Of a DNA stretch of 64,000 bases, positions 26,601-39,999 are shown piece by piece. Position numbers and translations under genes: made by a program. Positions within the stretch are counted from its first letter, which is position 1. Every line of letters starts with the position of its first letter. This stretch comes from the human T2T-CHM13v2.0 reference genome, Homo sapiens, in the NCBI RefSeq assembly GCF_009914755.1, contig NC_060948.1; one strand, given 5' to 3'. Under the pieces are notes generated by a model. It had not been told where the DNA came from. It saw nothing but the letters and a program-made list of their open reading frames with translations, and did no database searches.

Positions 26601-29600
26601 ATGGAATGGAAACGAAAGGAATGTCATCGAATGGAATTGAATCGATTGGAATGAAATCGTATAGAATGGAGTGGAATCAAATGGAATTGAATCGAAAGGA
26701 AAGGAAGCAAATGGACTGAAATGAAATGGAATGGAATTGAATGGAAAGTTATGTAATGGAATAGAATGGAACGAAATTTCACGGAATGGAATCAAACTGA
26801 ATGGAATCAAATCAATGGAATCAAATCAAATGGAATGGATAGGAATTGAATGGAGTAGATTGGATTGCATGGGATTGGAATGAAATGTACTGGAAAGGAC
26901 TCGAATTTCATGAAACGGAATGAAATGAATTGGAACGGAACGGACTCGAATGGAATGGAATGTCATGGAATGGCATCAAATGGAATGGCATCAAATGGAA
27001 TGGAATCGAATGCAATGGAATGCTATGGAATGGAATGGAATGCATTGGAATGGAATGTCCTCTAATGGAATGGATTCGAGTGGAATGGAATCGAATATAA
27101 TGGAGTCGAATGAAATGGAATTGAAAGGAATGGGATCGAATACAATGGAATATACTGGAATGTAATGTAATGAACTCGAATGTAATTGACTGGAATGGAA
27201 TGTACATGAATGGAATGTAATCGAATGGAAAGTAATCCAATGGAATAGAATCTAATGCAATAAAATCGACTCAGATAGAGTAGAATGTAATGGAATGGAG
27301 TGCAGTGCAATGGAATGGAAAGGAATGGAACGCAATGGAATGGAATGGAATGCAATGGAATGGAATGGAATGGAATGGAATGGAATGGTGTGGAATGGAT
27401 AGTAATGGACTGGAGTGAAATGGACTGGAAAGGAATGGACTCAAATTGAAAGGGCTCGAAAGGAATGGAGTCAAATGGAATGGTCTGGAATGGAATGAAC
27501 ACGAATGTAATGCAATCCAATAGAATGGAATCGAATGGCATGGAATATAAAGAAATGGAATCGAAGAGAATGGAAACAAATGGAATGGAATTGAGTGGAA
27601 TGGAATTGAATGGAATGGGAACGAATGGAGTGAAATTGTATGCAGTAGAAGAGAATAGAATGGAATGCAAGCGAAAGGAAAGGAATGGATTGGAATGGAA
27701 TGGAATTCATTGGAATGGAAGGGAATGTAGTGTAATGGACAGGCCTGGAATAAAGTGGAATGCTACGGTCTCGAATGGAATAAAAATGTATGGAATGGAA
27801 TTCAATGAAACGGAATCGAATGTCATAGAATGTAATGGAATGCAAAAAAATGGAATCCAAAATCATTGACTGGAAAGGCTGGGTGTCGAAAGGAATTGAC
27901 TCCAATGGAATGGAATCGAATGGAATGGAAGTGAATAGAATCGAACTAAATCGAATGGAATGGAATTGATAGGAACGGAATGGAAAGGAATGCAATGATT
28001 TGGCATGGAATGGAATCGAATGGCATCGAATGGAATGGAATGGAATGCAATGGAATGGAATGTATTAGAATGAAATGAACTTTAATGGAATGTACTCGAA
28101 TGGATTCGACTGGAATGGAATGTTCTGGAAGTGAATGGACTCCAATGGAATGGATTCAAAAGGAATGGAATCGTACGGAATGGAATCTAATGGAATGGAA
28201 TTAAATGGAAATGAATCAAATTGAATAGCACGGAATTGAATTGAATGGAATCGAATGCAATGGAATCTAATGAAGCGGAAAGGAAAGGAATGGAATGGAA
28301 TGGAATGGAATGGAATGGAAAGGAATCGAAACGAATGGAATGGAATCGAACTGAAGAGACTGGAATGGAATGCACTGGAATGGAAGGGAGTTTAATGGAA
28401 GGTTCTCGAAAAAAATGGAATCGAATGGAATGGAATTGAATGGAACGGAATAGAGTCGAATGGAATTGAATGGAATGGAATGGACTAGAGTGAAATGGAA
28501 TCGAACCACAAGGAATGGACATGAATAGAATGGTCTCGAATTGAATGGAATCGTATGGAATGGCATCAAACGGAATGGAATGGACAGCCACGGAATGGAT
28601 TGCACTCGAATGCAATGGAGTCGAAACTAATGGACTGGAATAGAATGGACTCGACTGGTACGGACTCCAATGGAATGGAATCGAATGGAAGGGAATCGAA
28701 CGGAATGGACTCGAAGGGAAAAGACTGCAATGGAAAGGTCTCGAATGGAATGGAAATTAATGGAATGGAATGGAATCGAATGAAATGGAGTCAAAAGGAA
28801 TGAAATCGAATGGCAAGAAATCGAATGTAATGGTATCACAAGGAATTGATGTGAACGGAACGGAATGGAATGGAATCCAAAGGAATGGAATAGAATGGAA
28901 TGGAATCGAATGGAAAGGACTCGAATGGAAATCACTCGAATAGAATGCAATTTAATAAAATAGGATCAAATGTAATGGAATGGAATGGAAGGGAATCGAA
29001 ACGAAAGGAATGGAGACAGATGGAATGGAATGGAAGAGAGAGCAATGGTATAGAATGGAATGGAATCATCTGGAACGGAATTGAATGGAATGGAATAATA
29101 TGAAATGGAATGGAATGGAATGGAATGGAATGCCCTTGAATTAAATGGACTGGAATGGAATGGACTCGAACAGAGTGGAATGGAAAGTGTTGAGATAGAA
29201 TGGAATGGACTCCTTTGGAATGGTGTAGTATGCAATGCAATCGACTGGCAGGGAATCAAAAGGAATGTAATCGAATGGATTGGACTGGAATGCAATGGAC
29301 TCGAATAGATTGGAAACGGAATGCAAAGGAATGGAATGGAATAGTATGGAATGGAATGGAAAGGAATGGAGTGGAATAGACTAGAGTGGAATGGAATGGA
29401 CTGGAAAGCAATGGACTGGAATGGAACTTTCTTGAATGGACTGGAATCAAACGGAATGGAATGCAATGCAATCAAATGGCATGGAATAAAATAGAATGAA
29501 AGAGAATCAAATGGAATTGAATCGAATGGAATCGAATGGATTGGAAAGGAATAGAATGGAATGGAATGGAATTGACTCAAATGGAATGGACTAGAATGGA

Positions 29601-31300
29601 ATGGATTCGAATGGAAGGCAAAGGAATGGAATCTATTGGAATGGACTGTAATGGAATGGAATGGAAGGGATTGGAATGGACTCGAATGGAATGGACTGCA
29701 ATAGAAAGGATTCGAATGGAATGAAAAAGAATTGAATGGAATAGAACAGAATGGAATCAAATCGAATGAAATGGAATGGAATAGAAAGGAATGGAATGAA
29801 ATGGAATGGAAAGGATTCGAATGGAATGCAATCGAATGGAATGGAATCGAACGGAATGGAATAAAATGGAAGAAAACTGGCAAGAAATGGAATCGAAATG
29901 AATGGAGTGTTATGGAACGGACTCAAAAGGAATTGAATGTAATAGAATGGAGTGGAGTGGACTCGAATATAATGGACTGGAATGGAATGAAATCACATGG
30001 AATGGGAACGAATGGAATGGAATGGAAAGGAATGGAATCGAATGGAAAGGAATCGAATGGAAGGGAATGAAATTGAATCAACAGGAATGGAAGGGAATAG
30101 AATAGACGTTAATGGAATGGACTCGAATAGAATGGACAGGAATGCTCAAATTGAATGGACTCGAATGGAATGGAAACGAAAGGAATGTCATCGAATGGAA
30201 TTGAATCGATTGGAATGAAATCGTATAGAATGGAGTGGAATCAAATGGAATTGAATCGAAAGGAAAGGAAGCAAATGGACTGAAATGAAATGGAATGGAA
30301 TTGAATGGAAAGTTATGTAATGGAATAGAATGGAACGAAATTTCACGGAATGGAATCAAACTGAATGGAATCAAATCAATGGAATCAAATCAAATGGAAT
30401 GGATAGGAATTGAATGGAGTAGATTGGATTGCATGGGATTGGAATGAAATGTACTGGAAAGGACTCGAATTTCATGAAACGGAATGGAATGAATTGGAAC
30501 GGAACGGACTCGAATGGAATGGAATGTCATGGAATGGCATCAAATGGAATGGCATCAAATGGAATGGAATCGAATGCAATGGAATGCTATGGAATGGAAT
30601 GGAATGCATTGGAATGGAATGTCCTCTAATGGAATGGATTCGAGTGGAATGGAATCGAATATAATGGAGTCGAATGAAATGGAATTGAAAGGAATGGGAT
30701 CGAATACAATGGAATATACTGGAATGTAATGTAATGAACTCGAATGTAATTGACTGGAATGGAATGTACATGAATGGAATGTAATCGAATGGAAAGTAAT
30801 CCAATGGAATAGAATCTAATGCAATAAAATCGACTCAGATAGAGTAGAATGTAATGGAATGGAGTGCAGTGCAATGGAATGGAAAGGAATGGAATGCAAT
30901 GGAATGGAATGGAATGGAATGGAATGGAATGGAATGGAATGGAATGGTGTGGAATGGATAGTAATGGACTGGAGTGAAATGGACTGGAAAGGAATGGACT
31001 CAAATTGAAAGGGCTCGAAAGGAATGGAGTCAAATGGAATGGTCTGGAATGGAATGAACACGAATGTAATGCAATCCAATAGAATCGAATCGAATGGCAT
31101 GGAATATAAAGAAATGGAATCGAAGAGAATGGAAACAAATGGAATGGAATTGAGTGGAACGGAATTGAATGGAATGGGAACGAATGGAGTGAAATTGTAT
31201 GCAGTAGAAGAGAATAGAATGGAATGCAAGCGAAAGGAAAGGAATGGATTGGAATGGAATGGAATTCATTGGAATGGAAGGGAATGTAGTGTAATGGACA
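23700..31300 (+). repeat. Locally expanded DYZ1 variant group (U7 distal part, U8, U9)
   Basis: Shared variants GGTGTGGAAT (~23825, ~27388, ~30946) and TTGAGTGG (~24029, ~27591, ~31150); GAAGCGG and GACATGA in two copies; GACGTT, GACAGGAATGCT and GATTGCATGGG in U8 and U9. Boundaries approximate. Confidence 0.8.
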
Positions 31301-33699
31301 GGCCTGGAATAAAGTGGAATGCTACGGTCTCGAATGGAATAAAAATGTATGGAATGGAATGCAATGAAACGGAATCGAATGTCATAGAATGTAATGGAAT
31401 GCAAAAAAATGGAATCCAAAATCATTGACTGGAAAGGCTGGGTGTCGAAAGGTATTGACTCCAATGGAATGGAATCGAATGGAATGGAAGTGAATAGAAT
31501 CGAACTAAATCGAATGGAATGGAATTGATAGGAACGGAATGGAAAGGAATGCAATGATTTGGCATGGAATGGAATCGAATGGCATCGAATGGAATGGAAT
31601 GGAATGCAATGGAATGGAATGTATTAGAATGTAATGAACTTTAATGGAATGTACTCGAATGGATTCGACTGGAATGGAATGTTCTGGAAGTGAATGGACT
31701 CCAATGGAATGGATTCAAAAGGAATGGAATCGTACGGAATGGAATCTAATGGAATGGAATTAAATGGAAATGAATCAAATTGAATAGCACGGAATTGAAT
31801 TGAATGAAATGGAATGCAATGGAATCTAATGAAACGGAAAGGAAAGGAATGGAATGGAATGGAATGGGCTGGAATGGAAAGGAATCGAAACGAATGGAAT
31901 GGAATCAAACTGAAGAGACTGGAATGGAATGCACTGGAATGGAAGGGAGTGTAATGGAAGGTTCTCGAAAGAAATGGAATCGAATGGAATGGAATTGAAT
32001 GGAACGGAATAGAGTCGAATGGAATTGAATGGAATGGAATGGACTAGAGTGAAATGGAATCGAACCACAAGGAATGGACAGGAATAGAATGGTCTCGAAT
32101 TGAATGGAATCGTATGGAATGGCATCAAACGGAATGGAATGGACAGCCACGGAATGGAATGCACTCGAATGCAATGGAGTCGAAACTAATGGACTGGAAT
32201 AGAATGGACTCGACTGGTACGGACTCCAATGGAATGGAATCGAATGGAAGGGAATCGAACGGAATGGACTCGAAGGGAAAAGACTGCAATGGAAAGGTCT
32301 CGAATGGAATGGAAATTAATGGAATGGAATGGAATCGAATGAAATGGAGTCAAAAGGAATGGAATCGAATGGCAAGAAATCAAATGTAATGGAATCGCAA
32401 GGAATTGATGTGAACGGAACGGAATGGAATGGAATCCAAAGGAATGGAATAGAATGGAATGGAATCGAATGGAAAGGACTCGAATGGAAATCACTCGAAT
32501 AGAATGCAATTTAATAAAATAGGATCAAATGTAATGGAATGGAATGGAAAGGAATCGAAACGAAAGGAATGGAGACAGATGGAATGGAATGGAACAGAGA
32601 GCAATGGTATAGAATGGAATGGAATCATCTGGAATGGAATTGAATGGAATGGAATAATATGAAATGGAATGGAATGGAATGGAATGGAATGCCCTTGAAT
32701 TAAATGGACTGGAATGGAATGTACTCGAACAGAGTGGAATGGAAAGTGTTGAGATAGAATGGAATGGACTCCTTTGGAATGGTCTAGTATGCAATGCAAT
32801 CGACTGGCAGGAAATCAAAAGGAATGTAATCGAATGGATTGGACTGGAATGCAATGGACTCGAATAGATTGGAAACGGAATGCAAAGGAATGGAATGGAA
32901 TAGTATGGAATGGAATGGAAAGGAATGGAGTGGAATAGACTAGAGTGGAATGGAATGGACTGGAAAGCAATGGACTGGAATGGAACTTTCTTGAATGGAC
33001 TGGAATCAAACGGAATGGAATGCAATGCAATCAAATGGCATGGAATAAAATAGAATGAAAGAGAATCAAATGGAATTGAATCGAATGGAATCGAATGGAT
33101 TGGAAAGGAATAGAATGGAATGGAATGGAATTGACTCAAATGGAATGGACTAGAATGGAATGGATTCGAATGGAAGGCAAAGGAATGGAATCTATTGGAA
33201 TGGACTGTAATGGAATGGAATGGAAGGGATTGGAATGGACTCGAATGGAATGGACTGCAATAGAAAGGATTCGAATGGAATGAAAAAGAATTGAATGGAA
33301 TAGAACAGAATGGAATCAAATCGAATGAAATGGAATGGAATAGAAAGGAATGGAATGAAATGGAATGGAAAGGATTCGAATGGAATGCAATCGAATGGAA
33401 TGGAATCGAACGGAATGGAATAAAATGGAAGAAAACTGGCAAGAAATGGAATCGAAATGAATGGAGTGTTATGGAACGGACTCAAAAGGAATTGAATGTA
33501 ATAGAATGGAGTGGAGTGGACTCGAATATAATGGACTGGAATGGAATGAAATCACATGGAATGGGAACGAATGGAATGGAATGGAAAGGAATGGAATCGA
33601 ATGGAAAGGAATCGAATGGAAGGGAATGAAATTGAATCAACAGGAATGGAAGGGAATAGAATAGACGGTAATGGAATGGACTCGAATAGAATGGACACG

Positions 33700-36600
33700 A
33701 ATGCTCAATTTGAATGGACTCGAATGGAATGGAAACGAAAGGAATGTCATCGAATGGAATTGAATCGATTGGAATGAAATCGCATAGAATGGAGTGGAAT
33801 CAAATGGAATTGAATCCAAAGGAAAGGAAGCGAATGGACTGAAATGAAATGGAATGGAATTGAATGGAAAGTAATGCAATGGAATAGAATGGAACGAAAT
33901 TTCACGGAATGGAATCAAACTGAATGGAATCAAATCAATGGAATATAATCAAATGGAATGGAAAGGAATTGAATGGAGTAGATTGGATTGGATGGGATTG
34001 GAATGAAATGTACTGGAAAGGACTCGAATTTCATGAAACGGAATGGAATGAATTGGAACGGAATGGACTCGAATGGAATGGAATGTCATGGAATGGCATC
34101 AAATGGAATGGCATCAAATGGAATGGAATCGAATGCAATGGAATGTTATGGAATGGAATGGAATGCATTGGAATGGAATGTCCTCTAATGGAATGGATTC
34201 GAGTGGAATGGAATCGAATATAATGGAGTCGAATGAAATGGAATTGAAAGGAATGGGATCGAATAGAATGGAATATACTGGAATGTAATGTAATGAACTC
34301 GAATGTAATTGACTGGAATGGAATGTACATGAATGGAATGTAATCGAATGGAAAGTAATCCAATGGAATAGAATCTAATGCAATAAAACCGACTCAGATA
34401 GAGTAGAATGTAATGGAATGGAGTGCAGTGCAATGGAATGGAATGGAATTGAATGCAATGGAATGGAATGGAATGGAATGGAATGGAATGGAATGGAATG
34501 GAATGGGATGGAATGGTATGGAATGGATAGTAATGGACTGGAGTGAAATGGACTGGAAAGGAATGGACTCAAATTGAAAGGGCTCGAAAGGAATGGAGTC
34601 AAATGGAATGGTCTGGAATGGAATGAACACGAATGTAATGCAATCCAATAGAATGGAATCGAATGGCATGGAATATAAAGAAATGGATTCGAAGAGAATG
34701 GAAACAAATGGAATGGAATTGAATGGAATGGAATTGAATGGAATGGGAACGAATGGAGTGAAATTGTATGCAGTAGAAGGGAATAGAATGGAATGCAAGC
34801 GAAAGGAAAGGAATGGATTGGAATGGAATGGAATTCATTGGAATGGAAGGGAATGTAGTGTAATGGACAGGCCTGGAATAAAGTGGAATGCTACGGTCTC
34901 GAATGGAATAAAAATGTATGGAATGGAATGCAATGAAACGGAATCGAATGTCATAGAATGTAATGGAATGCAACAAAATGGAATCCAAAATCATTGACTG
35001 GAAAGGCTGGGTGTCGAAAGGAATTGACTCCAATGGAATGGAATCGAATGGAATGGAAGTGAATAGAATCGAACTAAATCGAATGGAATGGAATTGATAG
35101 GAACGGAATGGAAAGGAATGCAATGATTTGGCATGGAATGGAATCGAATGGCATCGAATGGAATGGAATGGAATGCAATGGAATTGAATGTATTAGAATG
35201 TAATGAACTTTAATGGAATGTACTCGAATGGATTCGACTGGAATGGAATGTTCTGGAAGTGAATGGACTCTAATGGAATGGATTCAAAAGGAATGGAATT
35301 GTACGGAATGGAATCTAATGGAATGGAATTAAATGGAAATGAATCAAATTGAATAGCACGGAATTGAATTGAATGGAATGGAATGCAATGGAATCTAATG
35401 AAACGGAAAGGAAAGGAATGGAATGGAATGGAATGGGCTGGAATGGAAAGGAATCGAAACGAATGCAATGGAATCGAACTGAAGAGACTGGAATGGAATG
35501 CACTGGAATGGAAGGGAGTGTAATGGAAGGTTCTCGAAAAAAATGGAATCGAATGGAATGGAATTGAATGGAACGGAATAGAGTCGAATGGAATTGAATG
35601 GAATGGAATGGACTAGAGTGAAATGGAATCGAACCACAAGGAATGGACAGGAATAGAGTGGTCTCGAATTGAATGGAATCGTATGGAATGGCATCAAACG
35701 GAATGGAATGGACAGCCACGGAATGGAATGCACTCGAATGCAATGGAGTCGAAACTAATGGACTGGAATAGAATGGACTCGACTGGTACGGACTCCAATG
35801 GAATGGAATCGAATGGAAGGGAATCGAACGGAATGGACTCGAAGGGAAAAGACTGCAATGGAAAGGTCTCGAATGGAATGGAAATTAATGGAATGGAATG
35901 GAATCGAATGAAATGGAGTCAAAAGGAATGGAATCGAATGGCAAGAAATCGAATGTAATGGAATCGCAAGGAATTGATGTGAACGGAACGGAATGGAATG
36001 GAATCCAAAGGAATGGAATAGAATGGAATGGAATCGAATGGAAAGGACTCGAATGGAAATCACTCGAATAGAATGCAATTTAATAAAATAGGATCAAATG
36101 TAATGGAATGGAATGGAAAGGAATCGAAACGAAAGGAATGGAGACAGATGGAATGGAATAGAACAGCGAGCAATGGTATAGAATGGAATGGAATCATCTG
36201 GAATGGAATTGAATGGAATGGAATAATATGAAATGGAATGGAATGGAATGGAATGGAATGCCCTTGAATTAAATGGACTGGAATGGAATGGACTCGAACA
36301 GAGTGGAATGGAAAGTGTTGAGATAGAATGGAATGGACTCCTTTGGAATGGTGTAGTATGCAATGCAATCGACTGGCAGGGAATCAAAAGGAATGTAATG
36401 GAATGGATTGGACTGGAATGCAATGGACTCGAATAGATTGGAAACGGAATGCAAAGGAATGGAATGGAATAGTATGGAATGGAATGGAAAGGAATGGAGT
36501 GGAATAGACTAGAGTGGAATGGAATGGACTGGAAAGCAATGGACTGGAATGGAACTTTCTTGAATGGACGGGAATCAAACGGAATGGAATGCAATGCAAT

Positions 36601-39300
36601 CAAATGGCATGGAATAAAATAGAATGAAAGAGAATCAAATGGAATTGAATCGAATGGAATCGAATGGATTGGAAAGGAATAGAATGGAATGGAATGGAAT
36701 GGACTCAAATGGAATGGACTAGAATGGAATGGATTCGAATGGAAGGCAAAGGAATGGAATCTACTGGAATGGACTGTAATGGAATGGAATGGAAGGGATT
36801 GGAATGGACTCGAATGGAATGGACTGCAATAGAAAGGATTCGAATGGAATGAAAAAGAATTGAATGGAATAGAACAGAATGGAATCAAATCGAATGAAAT
36901 GGAATGGAATAGAAAGGAATGGAATGAAATGGAATGGAAAGGATTCGAATGGAATGCAATCGAATGGAATGGAATCGAACGGAATGGAATAAAATGGAAG
37001 AAAACTGGCAAGAAATGGAATCGAAATGAATGGAGTGTTATGGAACGGACTCAAAAGGAATTGAATGTAATAGAATGGAGTGGAGTGGACTCGAATATAA
37101 TGGACTGGAATGGAATGAAATAACATGGAATGGGAACGAATGGAATGGAATGGAAAGGAATGGAATCGAATGGAAAGGAATCGAATGGAAGGGAATGAAA
37201 TTGAATCAACAGGAATGGAAGGGAATAGAATAGATGGTAATGGAATGGACTCGAATAGAATGGACACGAATGCTCAATTTGAATGGACTCGAATGGAATG
37301 GAAACGAAAGGAATGTCATCGAATGGAATTGAATCGATTGGAATGAAATCGCATAGAATGGAGTGGAATCAAATGGAATTGAATCGAAAGGAAAGGAAGC
37401 GAATGGACTGAAATGAAATGGAATGGAATTGAATGGAAAGTAATGCAATGGAATAGAATGGAACGAAATTTCACGGAATGGAATCAAACTGAATGGAATC
37501 AAAACAATGGAATCTAATCAAATGGAATGGAAAGGAATTGAATGGAGTAGATTGGATTGGATGGGATTGGAATGAAATGTACTGGAAAGGACTCGAATTT
37601 CATGAAACGGAGTGGAATGAATTGGAACGGAATGGAATCGAATGGAATGGAATGTCATGGAATGGCATCAAATGGAATGGAATCGAATGCAATGGAATGT
37701 TATGGAATGGAATGGAATGCATTGGAATGGAATGTCCTCTAATGGAATGGATTCGAGTGGAATGGAATCGAATATAATGGAGTCGAATGAAATGGAATTG
37801 AAAGGAATGGGATCGAATAGAATGGAATATACTGGAATGTAATGTAATGAACTCGAATGTAATTGACTGGAATGGAATGTACATGAATGGAAGGTAATCG
37901 AATGGAAAGTAATCCAATGGAATAGAATCTAATGCAATAAAACCGACTCAGATAGAGTAGAATGTAATGGAATGGAGTGCAGTGCAATGGAATGGAATGG
38001 AATTGAATGCAATGGAATGGAATGGAATGGAATGGAATGGAATGGAATGGAATGGAATGGAATGGGATGGAATGGTATGGAATGGATAGTAATGGACTGG
38101 AGTGAAATGGACTGGAAAGGAATGGACTCAAATTGAAAGGGCTCGAAAGGAATGGAGTCAAATGGAATGGTCTGGAATGGAATGAACACGAATGTAATGC
38201 AATCCAATAGAATGGAATCGAATGGCATGGAATATAAAGAAATGGATTCGAAGAGAATGGAAACAAATGGAATGGAATTGAATGGAATGGAATTGAATGG
38301 AATGGGAACGAATGGAGTGAAATTGTATGCAGTAGAAGGGAATAGAATGGAATGCAAGCGAAAGGAAAGGAATGGAATGGAATGGAATGGAATTCATTGG
38401 AATGGAAGGGAATGTAGTGTAATGGACAGGCCTGGAATAAAGTGGAATGCTACGGTCTCGAATGGAATAAAAATGTATGGAATGGAATGCAATGAAACGG
38501 AATCGAATGTCATAGAATGTAATGGAATGCAACAAAATGGAATCCAAAATCATTGACTGGAAAGGCTGGGTGTCGAAAGGAATTGACTCCAATGGAATGG
38601 AATCGAATGGAATGGAAGTGAATAGAATCGAACTAAATCGAATGGAATGGAATTGATAGGAACGGAATGGAAAGGAATGCAATGATTTGGCATGGAATGG
38701 AATCGAATGGCATCGAATGGAATGGAATGGAATGCAATGGAATTGAATGTATTAGAATGTAATGAACTTTAATGGAATGTACTCGAATGGATTCGACTGG
38801 AATGGAATGTTCTGGAAGTGAATGGACTCTAATGGAATGGATTCAAAAGGAATGGAATTGTACGGAATGGAATCTAATGGAATGGAATTAAATGGAAATG
38901 AATCAAATTGAATAGCACGGAATTGAATTGAATGGAATGGAATGCAATGGAATCTAATGAAACGGAAAGGAAAGGAATGGAATGGAATGGAATGGGCTGG
39001 AATGGAAAGGAATCGAAACGAATGCAATGGAATCGAACTGAAGAGACTGGAATGGAATGCACTGGAATGGAAGGGAGTGTAATGGAAGGTTCTCGAAAAA
39101 AATGGAATCGAATGGAATGGAATTGAATGGAACGGAATAGAGTCGAATGGAATTGAATGGAATGGAATGGACTAGAGTGAAATGGAATCGAACCACAAGG
39201 AATGGACAGGAATAGAGTGGTCTCGAATTGAATGGAATCGTATGGAATGGCATCAAACGGAATGGAATGGACAGCCACGGAATGGAATGCACTCGAATGC
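33700..39300 (+). repeat. Recent monomer-scale tandem duplication (U10/U11)
   Basis: Shared variants GCTCAATTT (~33705, ~37273), GGATTCGAAGAG, GACTCTAATG, GAATTGTACGG and GAATAGAGTGG (~35651, ~39210). Boundaries approximate. Confidence 0.8.
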
Positions 39301-39999
39301 AATGGAGTCGAAACTAATGGACTGGAATAGAATGGACTCGACTGGTACGGACTCCAATGGAATGGAATCGAATGGAAGGGAATCGAACGGAATGGACTCG
39401 AAGGGAAAAGACTGCAATGGAAAGGTCTCGAATGGAATGGAAATTAATGGAATGGAATGGAATCGAATGAAATGGAGTCAAAAGGAATGGAATCGAATGG
39501 CAAGAAATCAAATGTAATGGAATCGCAAGGAATTGATGTGAACGGAACGGAATGGAATGGAATCCAAAGGAATGGAATAGAATGGAATGGAATCGAATGG
39601 AAAGGACTCGAATGGAAATCACTCGAATAGAATGCAATTTAATAAAATAGGATCAAATGTAATGGAATGGAATGGAAAGGAATCGAAACGAAAGGAATGG
39701 AGACAGATGGAATGGAATGGAACAGAGAGCAATGGTATAGAATGGAATGGAATCATCTGGAATGGAATTGAATGGAATGGAATAATATGAAATGGAATGG
39801 AATGGAATGGAATGGAATGCCCTTGAATTAAATGGACTGGAATGGAATGGACTCGAACAGAGTGGAATGGAAAGTGTTGAGATAGAATGGAATGGACTCC
39901 TTTGGAATGGTGTAGTATGCAATGCAATCGACTGGCAGGGAATCAAATGGAATGTAATCGAATGGATTGGACTGGAATGCAATGGACTCGAATAGATTG

